Shown here: piece by piece, positions 28,427-38,385 of the stretch
Position numbering within the stretch: position 1 is the first letter of the stretch
How the letters are laid out: each line of letters opens with the position of its first letter
Source of the DNA: an uncultured delta proteobacterium
GTDB taxonomy: Bacteria > Myxococcota_A > UBA9160 > SZUA-336
NCBI GenBank assembly: GCA_963704165.1
Contig: CAVPHD010000008.1
Location: 10,279 to 74,278, forward strand
Direction: 5' to 3'
DNA: 64,000 nt
The notes under the pieces: model-generated
What the model saw: the letters and a program-made list of their open reading frames with translations, nothing else
What the model was told of the DNA's origin: nothing
Databases searched by the model: none
Program-made: the position numbers and the translations under genes

Positions 28427-31400
28427 TCAGCCTCGCGCGGAGAGCGCGGCGAGCTTGCGATCGACGATCGGGCGCAGCTCTGCTGCGCGCGCGGCCTTGA
28501 TCTCCTCGTAGCCGCGGACGCCCTCCGCGAGGCGGACGATCTCGAGCGCCTCGCCGAGGTTCTCCGCACGGAGTCGCGAAGCCAGCTCGTCGAGCACGCC
28601 CTCGTACCAGCGCGCGAGCTCGCGTTCGAGCCTTCGCGCGCGCGTCCAGCCGAACGGGTCGAGTGGCGTGCCGCGAACGCCGCGTGCGCGGACGAGGGCC
28701 GCGAAGAGCGGCTCGATCCACGGACCGAGAGCGAGCTTCTTCGAGAGCCCGAGCGCGCGCAGAAGCGGCGGGTGCAGGTGGTAGCGGATGCGCGGCTCGC
28801 GTGCGGAATGGCGGCGCAGCCAGCGACGGTGAGGACCGCGAAGGAGCAGACGCGCGACCTCGTACTCGTCCTTGTACGCGAGGACGCGGTAGAGCTCGCG
28901 CGCGGCGGCGTTGCAGAGCTCGGGGGATTCCGGATCGATCGCGGCTTCGGCCTCGGCCAGCCGCGCGATGCGGTCGCAGTAGCGCTCGGCCAGGCGCCTG
29001 CCTTGGTAGTCGACGAGATCGAGCGCGAAGGCGGCGATCCGGTTCGTGACCTGATCGCAGTCCTTCGCGTGTTGGAATCGTCCGAGCGCCTCGTGCAAAG
29101 CGCTCCAGCTGCGGCCGAGCGTGCGTGCGGCGCGTTCGATCGCGGGCTCGTCGCCGATCGCGGGCGGGGTCGCGTCGTCGAGGAGTCGAGCGACGAGCTC
29201 GGCATCGCAGGCCGAGGCGCGACCCAGCCGCACGGCGCGCAGGTTCGCGTCGATGGCGATGCCGTTCTCGCGGATCGCGCGCTCGAGCGCGCGAAGCGAG
29301 AGCGGCACCAGGCCCCGCTGCCAGGCGAATCCGAGCAGGACCAGATTCGCCGACAGGACCTGTCCGAGCGCGACCTCGGCGAGCAGCTCCGCGGGAACCC
29401 GTTCGAGCGAACGCGTCGCACCGAGGAGCGGGGCGATCTGCTCGCTCGGCTCCGGGGGCCGGAAGTCCGGCGTACCGACGTCCGCGCCGGTCGGGACGCA
29501 GAGTTCGTGGACGATCGCGCGCGTGCGCGCGGGATCGAGCGCACGCAGCGATTCGCAATCGGCCGCGCCGAGCGGATCGAAGGCGAGCAGGACGTCCGCG
29601 CGTCCCGGCTCGATCCGCGGGCTGCCGACGAGCGGTTCGCGCGAGAGCACGCAGTGCGAGACGACCTTTCCGCCGCGTTGCGCGAGGCCGGTCTGATCGA
29701 GGTGCATCGCGAACAGGCCGTCGTGCTCGGCCGCGCGGACGAGCAGCGCGTCGATCGTGACGACACCCGTGCTGCCGATTCCGACGAGCTGAAGCTCGAA
29801 GCGGTTCCCGTCCCACTCGGGAAGCGGCGGCTCGGGCAAGTCGGAGCCGACGAACGATTCGAACGCCATCGGCTCCGCAGGCGAATCCTCGACGGTGAGA
29901 AACGCCGGGCAGTCCCCGTCGAGGCAGGCGCGGTCGTCGCTGCACGAGCCGGCATGAACGCGCGTCTTGCGGCCGAGCGTGGTCGCGACCGGCCGAAGCG
30001 AGACACAGGACGATTTCACGCCGCAATCGCCGCAGCCCTCGCAGACGTCCTCGTTGATCACGACGCGCTCGGACGAGCGCGCGAGCACGCCACGACGCTC
30101 GAGTCGCTGCTTCTCGTTCGCGCAGAGCTCGTCCCAGATCATGACCGTGACGCCGGGCTGCTCTCGCAGCTCCCGCATCGCCGCGTCCCAGTCGCTTCGC
30201 TCGACTCGCCGCAGACGAGGCTCGTACCCGGCGAGCACATCGACTCCGGGGTCCCGGCTCATCACGACGATCTCGCGAACACCGTCGGAGAGCAGGTCGC
30301 GCACGACCGCCGCGAGCGGCTTCGCGCCGGTCGCGTTCTGGCCTCCGGTCATCGCCACGACCCCGTTCCAGAGCAGCTTGAACGTGATCGCGACGCCCGC
30401 CTCGACGCAGGCGCGGACCGCGAGCCGGCCGGAGTGGAAGTACGTGCCGTCGCCGAGATTCTGGAAGAGATGTCGCGTTTCGGTGTAGGGAGCGAGCCCG
30501 ATCCACTGCGAGCCCTCGGAGCCCATCGCGCCGAGCAACCGCACTTCGCGCTCGGGCATCAGCAATGCCATGGTGTGGCAGCCGATGCCGCCGCCCGCGA
30601 CCGAGTCCTCCGGGAGCTTCGTCGACGACGCGTGCGGACAGCCGCTGCAGAAGTGAGGTGCGCGCGAGGGCTCGGCGCCGGAGTCTGCGCGCGCCAGCGC
30701 CGCCTCGAGCGGAGCGAGTCGAGCGATCAGCGCCGGCTCGTCGAGCCGTACGGAGAGCCAGGGCGCGAGATCCTGCGCGAGCGTGCCTCCGCTGATCTCG
30801 TGGCGCTTCGCGAGCCAGGCGTCCCCTCGCTCGTCCCGCTGTCCGAGCACGCGCGCGCGCATGTCCGTGTCGTAGAGCGCGCTCCGCACCTGCTCTTCGA
30901 GTCCCGCGCGTCGCGAATCGACGACGACGATCGCCTCGAGCCCGGACGCGAACTCGCGCACGCGCTCGGCTTCGAGCGGCCAGACGAGGTCGATCTTCAG
31001 GAGCCGGAGTCCGAGCCGTTCGCGCCGGGCTTCGTCGAGCCCGAGCAGGTCGAGTGCGCTCTCGAGCTCCCGGTACAGCGAGCCTGCGGCGACCAGTCCG
31101 ATTCGGTCGCGCGCGTGTCGCGAGGTGATCGGGTTCAGGCCGTTCGCTCGTGCGAAGCGGTGCACCGCCTCGAGCCGGCCGAAGACCAGATCCTGCTCGA
31201 TCCGCAGGACGTTCGGCGGCAGGAGCTGCGTGTCGATGCGCTTGGTGAACGGGCCGCTCGGCAGCGCGAACTCGGGAAGCGCGATCTCGTTCTCGACGTC
31301 TTCGAGCTCGATGATCCGGCCCGCGTCCGCGACGTCGGCCACGATCCGCAGGCCGCTCCACAGGCCCGAGTAGCGCGAGAGCGCGATCGCGAGCCGTCCG

Positions 31401-31954
31401 AGCCGGAGCACGTCGCCCGGGTCGGCGGGTGCGAAGAGGGGGATCCACGCGTGGGCGAACGCGTTCTCGCTGTGACTCGGCAGCGACGAGCTCTTGCAGA
31501 ACGGATCGTCGCCGACGACCGCGAGCGCGCCGCCGCTGCGTCCGGTGCCGACGAAGTTCGCGTGGCGCAGCGCGTCGATCGAGCGGTCGAATCCAGGCGC
31601 CTTTCCGAACCAGAAGCCGAGCACGCCGTCGTAGCGCTCGTGCGGGAACGTCTCGACGAGCTGGGTGCCCGCGACCGTTCCGGCCGCGATCTCCTCGTTC
31701 AGCCCGGGAACGAATCGCACGTCGGAGCGCTCGAGCAGCGGCGCGAGGCTTGCGAGCAGCGAATCGAGGCCCGCGAGCGGTGAACCGGGATATCCGGAGA
31801 GGAGCGCGCCGGTGCGGAGCCCCGCGTGCGCGTCGCGTCGAAGCTGATCGAGTGCGAGACGCACGAGCGCCTGCAAGCCCGTCAGGTGAATGCGTCCGCG
31901 GGTTCGCGTGTAGCGTTCCCAGAGCGGCGGATCGGGTCTGAGCGTGGCGCTCAT
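28427..31954 (-). CDS. Fused indolepyruvate:ferredoxin oxidoreductase family protein
   Basis: SGYPGSPL, PHFCSGCPH, GDGTYFHSG, VCEGCGDC, GLAQRGG, AYKDEYEVAR. Confidence 0.92.
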   Translation of the reverse strand: MSATLRPDPPLWERYTRTRGRIHLTGLQALVRLALDQLRRDAHAGLRTGALLSGYPGSPLAGLDSLLASLAPLLERSDVRFVPGLNEEIAAGTVAGTQLVETFPHERYDGVLGFWFGKAPGFDRSIDALRHANFVGTGRSGGALAVVGDDPFCKSSSLPSHSENAFAHAWIPLFAPADPGDVLRLGRLAIALSRYSGLWSGLRIVADVADAGRIIELEDVENEIALPEFALPSGPFTKRIDTQLLPPNVLRIEQDLVFGRLEAVHRFARANGLNPITSRHARDRIGLVAAGSLYRELESALDLLGLDEARRERLGLRLLKIDLVWPLEAERVREFASGLEAIVVVDSRRAGLEEQVRSALYDTDMRARVLGQRDERGDAWLAKRHEISGGTLAQDLAPWLSVRLDEPALIARLAPLEAALARADSGAEPSRAPHFCSGCPHASSTKLPEDSVAGGGIGCHTMALLMPEREVRLLGAMGSEGSQWIGLAPYTETRHLFQNLGDGTYFHSGRLAVRACVEAGVAITFKLLWNGVVAMTGGQNATGAKPLAAVVRDLLSDGVREIVVMSRDPGVDVLAGYEPRLRRVERSDWDAAMRELREQPGVTVMIWDELCANEKQRLERRGVLARSSERVVINEDVCEGCGDCGVKSSCVSLRPVATTLGRKTRVHAGSCSDDRACLDGDCPAFLTVEDSPAEPMAFESFVGSDLPEPPLPEWDGNRFELQLVGIGSTGVVTIDALLVRAAEHDGLFAMHLDQTGLAQRGGKVVSHCVLSREPLVGSPRIEPGRADVLLAFDPLGAADCESLRALDPARTRAIVHELCVPTGADVGTPDFRPPEPSEQIAPLLGATRSLERVPAELLAEVALGQVLSANLVLLGFAWQRGLVPLSLRALERAIRENGIAIDANLRAVRLGRASACDAELVARLLDDATPPAIGDEPAIERAARTLGRSWSALHEALGRFQHAKDCDQVTNRIAAFALDLVDYQGRRLAERYCDRIARLAEAEAAIDPESPELCNAAARELYRVLAYKDEYEVARLLLRGPHRRWLRRHSAREPRIRYHLHPPLLRALGLSKKLALGPWIEPLFAALVRARGVRGTPLDPFGWTRARRLERELARWYEGVLDELASRLRAENLGEALEIVRLAEGVRGYEEIKAARAAELRPIVDRKLAALSARG

Positions 31955-32014
31955 GTCCCAGAAGCTATCGGAGCCGGGTCTCGCGCGCTTGAGGTTCGAT
32001 TGCGCGCAGTCGCG

Positions 32015-32965
32015 TCATTTGCCCGACAGTGGCGCCACGATCTTTTCTGCGAAGTTCTCGACGACGGCCTGATCGCGGGCCTGGATCACGATGTACGAAA
32101 GCCCGAAGCGTTCGCGCCGCTTCTCGAGCCCGTCGCGGATCTCCGCGGGCGAGCCGGTCAGGAAGATGGGGCAGCTCGCGACCTGCTCGACGGTCATGCC
32201 GGTATTCGCGGCGAGACCCGCACGCAGTCCTTTGGCGTCGTCGGTGATCGCGACGACGAACGTCAGCGAGTTCAGCTCGACGTCGTCGAAGCTCCGGCCC
32301 GCGCGCTCCGCTCCCTCGCGCACGCTGCGCAGCTTCTCGTCGATGCGTTCGGGTGCGAGGTCCGCGGCGCTGTTCTGCGTGACCTTTCCCTCGGGCAGGC
32401 TCGGATTGATCCCGACGATGTCCGCGTACCGGCCGGCGAGTCGAAGCACGCGGGGTCCACCGCCGCCGATCAAGATCTTCGGCCGCGCACCCGCGGGCAG
32501 CTCGGCCGCCTGCGCGATGTTCTCGATCTGGTAGTGCCTGCCGTGAAACGTCGTGCGCTCGTTCTCCCACATGCTGCGAATGATCTGCAGCGCCTCGTCG
32601 AGCCGCTCGATGCGAAGTCCCGGTCGGTCGTAGGCGATGCCGGCTTCGTCGTAGTCCGTCTTCATCCAGCCGGCGCCGATCCCGAATTCGTGTCGCCCGT
32701 TCGAGAGCAGCTGGATCGTCGCCGCCCCCTTCGCGTGAATCACCGGGTGGCGGTAGTCGACGTCGTACACGAGCGATCCGACGTTGAGCTTCGTCGTCAC
32801 CGCGGCCGCGGCCGAGAGCAGCGCCGTCGGATCCCACTGCGGACCGAAGTGGTCGGGGCAGAAGACGGTCGAGTAGCCGAGCCGCTCGTACGACCGCACG
32901 CGTTCGATCCAACCGTCGGCGGGAAGTGCGGAGACCTGGATCGCGAAGCGAAATGGTTTGGCCAT
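32015..32965 (-). CDS. LLM-class (putatively F420-dependent) oxidoreductase
   Basis: PDHFG, LSNGRHEFGIGAGW, ILIGGGGPRVLRLAGRYADIVG. Confidence 0.85.
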   Translation of the reverse strand: MAKPFRFAIQVSALPADGWIERVRSYERLGYSTVFCPDHFGPQWDPTALLSAAAAVTTKLNVGSLVYDVDYRHPVIHAKGAATIQLLSNGRHEFGIGAGWMKTDYDEAGIAYDRPGLRIERLDEALQIIRSMWENERTTFHGRHYQIENIAQAAELPAGARPKILIGGGGPRVLRLAGRYADIVGINPSLPEGKVTQNSAADLAPERIDEKLRSVREGAERAGRSFDDVELNSLTFVVAITDDAKGLRAGLAANTGMTVEQVASCPIFLTGSPAEIRDGLEKRRERFGLSYIVIQARDQAVVENFAEKIVAPLSGK

Positions 32966-33031
32966 CGCGCGATGCTACTCGATCGGTCGGGCTTTGGCGG
33001 CGTGCCCGTGTTCACCTACGATCCGGGGCGC

Positions 33032-33715
33032 ATGATCGACACCATCCACGCCGTGCAGACCCCGGAGGGGGTCGACCTCGCGCTGCGTGTGGCGGGGCCG
33101 GTGCCGCGCGCACTCGCGTGGGGCGTGGACGCATTCCTGCAGGGAGGGATCGCGATCGGAATGCAGATCGCGTTCGGCGCGTTCGCCGGGTTTGGAACCG
33201 GGCTCGTACCTGATCGGCCTGTTCGCATTGCTCTGGTTCTACCCCGTGTACTTCGAGGTGCGCGCCCACGGGCAGACACCGGGCAAGCGCTTCATGGGGC
33301 TGCGCGTGCTTCAGGAGAACGGAACGCCCGTCGGCTGGTCGGCTTCGGTCTTGCGGAACTTCCTGCTGGTCGCCGACTTTCTACCGGTGCTGTATCTCGC
33401 GGCGCTGATCTCGATGATCTCCGATTCGAGCTTCCGGCGGCTCGGCGATCTCGCGGCGGGAACGCTCGTCGTCTACGCCGATCCCCCACGCGGCCGGTCC
33501 GACTCCGATTCCCGGACGTGGCCCCGATCGCGCCCGCGTTTCCGCTCACGCTCGAAGAGCAGGCGGCCGTGATCGCGTTCGCGGAACGCGCGGGAAGTTT
33601 CTCGGCCGAGCGCGCCGCGGAGCTCGCCGCGATTCCGCGCGCGCTCGCGGGCGACGACGATCCCCGCGCGCGACTCATCGCCCAGGCCGCGCATCTGGTC
33701 GGGCGCGCCTCGTGA
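33032..33715 (+). CDS. RDD family protein (frameshifted near 33205 and 33500)
   Basis: TPEGVDL..AGPVPRALAW.VD, then GQTPGKR..GLRV and RRLGDLAAGT in a different frame. Confidence 0.8.
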   Translation: MIDTIHAVQTPEGVDLALRVAGPVPRALAWGVDAFLQGGIAIGMQIAFGAFAGFGTGLVPDRPVRIALVLPRVLRGARPRADTGQALHGAARASGERNARRLVGFGLAELPAGRRLSTGAVSRGADLDDLRFELPAARRSRGGNARRLRRSPTRPVRLRFPDVAPIAPAFPLTLEEQAAVIAFAERAGSFSAERAAELAAIPRALAGDDDPRARLIAQAAHLVGRAS

Positions 33716-34669
33716 AGCTCGAGATCTTCGAGGCGCGGGGTCGCGAGCGCTGGGATCGATTCGCGCGTCTTCTCGCAGAGGTCGAGCGCGGAAGGGTCGC
33801 CGCACGCGGCCGAGCTTCCCCATCTCTACCGGCAGCTCTGTCACGACCTCGCGCTCGCCCGTGAGCGCGAGATCTCGGGCACGCTCGTGTCCGAGCTGAA
33901 CGAGTTGGCGCTGGCCGGTCACCGCCTGCTCTACCAGGCGCGAACCGGAGAGGTCCGCGGGATCGGACGCTTCCTCGCGACCGATTTCCCGCGCGCGGTT
34001 CGAAGCGAGTGGAGACTGGTCGCGAGCCTGCACGCGCTCTTCTACGGCCTGGCGCTCGTTCTCGGGATCCTCGCGTGGCTCGATCCCGACCTGATCTACA
34101 GCTTCGTGTCCCCGGAAAGAGTGAGTGAGGTCGAGGCGATGTACGATCCGTCGGGCGCGGACACAGCACTCCGCGGGGCGGACACCGACGCGACGATGTT
34201 CGGCTTCTACATCTGGAACAACGTCTCGATCGCGTTCCGCACGTTCGCGAGCGGACTCGCGTTCGGCGTCGGGACGCTCGTGAGCGTCGTCGCCAACGCT
34301 CTGAATCTCGGACTCATCGCGAGTCACCTCGCACGCGAGGGCTCCGCGGAGCCGTTCTTCTCGTTCGTGATCGGACACGGATCGTTCGAGCTCACCGCGA
34401 TCCTCTTGTCCGGCGTCGCGGGCATGCGGCTCGGTCTCGCGGTGCTCGCACCGGGCGCCCGCAGCCGCATCGCGGCCCTGCGAGCGGCGGCCCGGTCGAG
34501 CCTGCCGATCATCGCCGGTGCGGCGCTCATGCTCGTGCTCGCGGCGGGGATCGAAGCGTTCTGGTCGCCGCGCGATCTGCCGGCCGGGCTCAAGTACGCG
34601 GTGGGCGCAGGTCTGTGGCTGCTCGTCGGACTCTGGCTCGGAACCGCGGGGCGTTCGCGTGCAGACTGA
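33712..34669 (+). CDS. Stage II sporulation protein M (SpoIIM/DUF95) family membrane protein (frameshift near 33800)
   Basis: LYRQLCHDLALAR, FYIWNNVSIAF, HGSFELTAI, AAGIEAFWS. Confidence 0.85.
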
Positions 34670-36161
34670 CCGGATCGCCGTGCACGTCCGACCTCGCGCG
34701 GGCTACGAGGCGATCGATCTCGGGTTTCGCTTTGCGCGTGCGGTGTTCTGGCCGCTCTTCCCGGCACACGCGCTGATCGTCGGCTCGGTCTCGCTCGCGC
34801 TCTACGCGGGTCTGCCCGACCGGCTCTGGCTCGCGAGTTTCTTCGTCTGGTGGCTGAAGCCGCTCTACGACCGGGTCGCGCTCGCGGTACTCGCGGAAGC
34901 GCTCTTCGGCCGCGTTCCGACGCTGGTCGAGACACTCTCGAGCGTGCCGCGGTCGATCGCGACTTCGGGGCTCCTGCACTCCCTGACGTGGCTTCGGCTC
35001 TCGCCGCTCCGCACGTTCACAGCGCCGGTGCTTCAGCTCGAAGGGCTGCGCGGAATCGAGCGCTCGCGTCGGGTGAGCGTTCTCGTCGGCCGCGATTCGC
35101 GTGCGGCGTTCGGGCTCCTGTTTGCGTGCGGGATCTTCGAGCTCGTGGTGCTCGCCGCCGGACTGCAGTTCGTCGCGACGTTCCGGCCGGAAGGGCAGGT
35201 CGGACAATTCTGGATCGCGCTCGCAGAGGGAGGAGCACCGGGAATCCCGTGGATCGAGGCTTTGCTCTACCCGCTCGCGATCGCGGTGATCGAGCCGCTC
35301 TTCGTCGCCGGCGGGTTTGCGCTGTACGTGAACCGGCGCATCTGGCTCGAGGGCTGGGACATCGACCTCGCGTTCAGAAAGCTCGAGCAGCGCGCGTCCG
35401 CGGAGTCGTCACACACGCGGCCGGCCCGCGCGCTCACGCTCGGCCTCCTGGCGTTCGCACTGCTGCTTCCGGCGGCGGCGAGCGCGGAAGGCGAAGTCGA
35501 GGCGCCGCCCTCGTGCGAGACACCCGGACCCGACGGCGCGGGTGCGTGCATCGACGCGGTGCTCGCGGGCGAGGAGTTCGCGACCGTCGAGCGGGTCGAG
35601 CTCTGGCTGCCGAAGTTCGAAGCGCCGAGCCCCGAGGGCGAGCCGGGATGGATCGCGCGGCTCGGCCTGTGGCTGGGTTCGATCGCGGCGGCGTTCCTGC
35701 GGATCGGCGCCTGGCTCGCGCTCGGAGCGATCGTCGCGGCGATCGCGATCGCGATCGCACGGTCTCTGCGCGCGCGCGAGCGAAGCGCCGTGACGGTGTC
35801 GGACGACGAGGTGCGGGTGCGCCTCGGCCTCGACCTGCGGCGCGAGGCACTCCCGGCCGATGTCGTCGCCGCGGCGCGCGCGCGTTTTGCGAACGGCGAC
35901 GCGCCGGGCGCGCTGTCCCTCCTGTATCGGGGAGCGCTGGTCCACCTGGTGCAGAAGCTGCGGCTGTCCATTCCCGCGAGCGCGACCGAGGGGGAGTGCG
36001 AGCGCATCGCGCGGGACTCAGTCGACCCATCGGTCGCGAGTGACTTCGAAGCGTTGTCGCGGGCGTGGGTGTTCAGCGCCTATGCCCATCACAGGCTCAC
36101 ACCCGCGGAGTTCACGGAGCTCTGCCATCGCTGGCAGCCGCACCTGGAAGAGAGCGCGTGA
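34659..36161 (+). CDS. DUF4129-domain membrane protein
   Basis: WWLKPLYDR, YVNRRIWLEGWDI, ALSLLYRG, SATEGEC. Confidence 0.8.
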   Translation: MQTDRIAVHVRPRAGYEAIDLGFRFARAVFWPLFPAHALIVGSVSLALYAGLPDRLWLASFFVWWLKPLYDRVALAVLAEALFGRVPTLVETLSSVPRSIATSGLLHSLTWLRLSPLRTFTAPVLQLEGLRGIERSRRVSVLVGRDSRAAFGLLFACGIFELVVLAAGLQFVATFRPEGQVGQFWIALAEGGAPGIPWIEALLYPLAIAVIEPLFVAGGFALYVNRRIWLEGWDIDLAFRKLEQRASAESSHTRPARALTLGLLAFALLLPAAASAEGEVEAPPSCETPGPDGAGACIDAVLAGEEFATVERVELWLPKFEAPSPEGEPGWIARLGLWLGSIAAAFLRIGAWLALGAIVAAIAIAIARSLRARERSAVTVSDDEVRVRLGLDLRREALPADVVAAARARFANGDAPGALSLLYRGALVHLVQKLRLSIPASATEGECERIARDSVDPSVASDFEALSRAWVFSAYAHHRLTPAEFTELCHRWQPHLEESA

Positions 36162-37399
36162 TGCGCCCGCATCGACGCGCGGCTTGGGTCGGACTCGCAG
36201 CTGCGACGGCTGCGGGGATTGCGCTCTTCTTCTCCTCGTGCGAGAAGCGCGCGATCGACATCCCGCGCGGCTATCAGGGCGAGGCGGCGCGAAATCCGTA
36301 TCTGGCGGCGCAGCGCATGCTCGAGCGGCTCGGAACCACCGCGTCGAGTGTCCGCGATCTGTCGAACGTGTCCGAGCTCCCACCGGCCGACTCCACGCTG
36401 ATCCTTCCGACGCCGCGGCGCACACTCGGGCGCGCGCGCACGCGCGAGCTCCTGCGCTGGGTCGAGAACGGCGGCCATCTGGTCGTCGTGACCTGGCAGC
36501 TCTTCGACGACGAGAACCGCCTGCCCGATCCCGTGCTCGACCCGCTCGGCGTGCGACAGTATCTGAACGAGCTGCAGCCGCAGGATCCGGAGGAGTCCGA
36601 GCCCGAGTCGGACCCGTCCGCGCCGCTCGTCACGAAGGCGAGCGCGACCAGGATCGCCGACGAACCGGACGAAGCCGAGCCCGAGCTCGCGCGCGTGTGG
36701 TTTCCGGATCGCGACGCGCCGCTCGAGGCCGAGTTCGATCCCGGTTTCCGGATCGAGCTCACCCCCGAAGCGCTGCACGCGCGGGTCTTCGAGATCGCCG
36801 ACGCGAACGGGACGCACGGGGTCACGTTGCGCGCGGGCGGTGGGCTGGTGACGGCATTGACCGACGACTACTTCCTGACGAATTCGGTGATCGCCGACTG
36901 GGACCACGCCGAGCTCGTCTACCGAATCGCGCATCTCGATGGGCGCGAAGGGCCGGTGTGGTTCGTGTTCGGAGACGAGTACCCCGGCGCGCTCGCGCTG
37001 ATCTGGCAGCACGGGTGGATGATCGTCACGAGCGCGCTCGTCGTGCTCGCGCTCTGGCTCTGGTCGGCCTCGCGGCGATTCGGCCCGATCGCGCCCGACC
37101 CGTCGATCGAGCGGCGCGAGCTGATGGAGCACGTGCGCGCCGCGGGCCGATTCGAGTTCCGGCACGGCGCTTCGCGAGAGCTGCTCGCCGCGACGCGCGA
37201 CGCGCTGCTCGAACGCGTGCGCGAGCGTCACCCGAGCTTCCCGACGCTCACGCCCGTCGAGCAGGCGGAGCACCTCGCCAAGCTTTCCGGCCTGCCGAGC
37301 GAGAACGTCGAGCGCGCTCTCGCGTTTTCCGACGAAGTCGATGCGAGTCGCTTCGCGCAGAACGTCGCCACCCTCGAGAAGATCAGGAGATCGCTATGA
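36161..37399 (+). CDS. DUF4350-domain protein
   Basis: EAARNPYLAA, WVENGGHLVV, RRFGPI, EHVRAAGRF; operon context. Confidence 0.78.
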   Translation: MRPHRRAAWVGLAAATAAGIALFFSSCEKRAIDIPRGYQGEAARNPYLAAQRMLERLGTTASSVRDLSNVSELPPADSTLILPTPRRTLGRARTRELLRWVENGGHLVVVTWQLFDDENRLPDPVLDPLGVRQYLNELQPQDPEESEPESDPSAPLVTKASATRIADEPDEAEPELARVWFPDRDAPLEAEFDPGFRIELTPEALHARVFEIADANGTHGVTLRAGGGLVTALTDDYFLTNSVIADWDHAELVYRIAHLDGREGPVWFVFGDEYPGALALIWQHGWMIVTSALVVLALWLWSASRRFGPIAPDPSIERRELMEHVRAAGRFEFRHGASRELLAATRDALLERVRERHPSFPTLTPVEQAEHLAKLSGLPSENVERALAFSDEVDASRFAQNVATLEKIRRSL

Positions 37400-38385
37400 G
37401 TTCCCAGAATCCCACGGCCCCACGCGAAGCGTTCGAGCGCGCCTCCGAGCTCGCGCGGAGGATGCGCGCGGAGATCCGCAAGGTCCTCGTCGGCCAGGAC
37501 GAGGTCGTGGATCAGGCGCTGGTCGCCCTCTTCGCAGCCGGTCACCTGCTGGTCGAGGGCGTGCCGGGCCTCGGCAAGACGCTGCTCGTGCGAGCGCTGG
37601 CGCGGACGTTCTCCGGCCTCAGCACGCGAATCCAGTTCACTCCCGACCTGATGCCCGCCGACGTCGTCGGGCACGTGATGTACGAGGCGTCCACGGGGGA
37701 GATGCGCCTGCGCCGCGGGCCCGTCTTCACGAACCTGCTGCTGGCCGACGAGATCAACCGCGCGCCGGCGAAGACGCAGGCGGCCCTGCTCGAGGTGATG
37801 CAGGAGCGCCAGGTCACGCTCGAGGGTCAGTCGCTCGAGGTTCCGTCGCCGTTCATGACGCTCGCGACGCAGAATCCGATCGAGCTCGAAGGGACCTATC
37901 CGCTTCCCGAAGCGCAAGTCGATCGCTTCCTGCTCAAGGTGCAGATCGACTACCCGAGCGAGGCCGAGGAGCTCGAGCTCGTGCGCCGCGTCGCTGTGGG
38001 CGTGGTCGGCGACACCCTCGACCTGTCTCCGGTCGAGGCGGTCGCCGACGCGGCGGGCGTGGTGTCGATCCAGGCCGCGGCCGCGAGCGTCTTCGTCGAC
38101 GAGCGGATTTCCGACTACGCCGTCCGCCTCGTGCGCGCGACCCGAACCTGGCCGGGCATCGCGCTCGGCGCGGGGCCGCGTGGCGGGCTTGCGCTCGTGC
38201 GCGCGTCGCGGGCGAGCGCGCTGCTCGACGGTCGCGGCTTCGTGACACCGGACGACGTCAAGGCGATCGCCCGGCCGGCGCTGCGCCATCGCCTGCTGAT
38301 CTCGCCCGAGATCGAGCTCGAAGGACAGCGCCCGGACGCGATCCTCGCCGCGGTCCTCGCCCAGGTGGAGGCGCCGCGCGTTTGA
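37396..38385 (+). CDS. MoxR-family AAA+ ATPase
   Basis: GVPGLGKT, RIQFTPDLMP, LLADEINR, ATQNPIE.EGTYPLPEAQ. Confidence 0.95.
   Translation: MSSQNPTAPREAFERASELARRMRAEIRKVLVGQDEVVDQALVALFAAGHLLVEGVPGLGKTLLVRALARTFSGLSTRIQFTPDLMPADVVGHVMYEASTGEMRLRRGPVFTNLLLADEINRAPAKTQAALLEVMQERQVTLEGQSLEVPSPFMTLATQNPIELEGTYPLPEAQVDRFLLKVQIDYPSEAEELELVRRVAVGVVGDTLDLSPVEAVADAAGVVSIQAAAASVFVDERISDYAVRLVRATRTWPGIALGAGPRGGLALVRASRASALLDGRGFVTPDDVKAIARPALRHRLLISPEIELEGQRPDAILAAVLAQVEAPRV

Noticed and set aside
28194..31448. Very long alternative-frame and antisense ORFs (also 12510-15254, 19607-22357, 46100-49165, 50241-52997)
   Set aside because: Shadow ORFs expected in very GC-rich DNA, overlapping genes with clear motifs.
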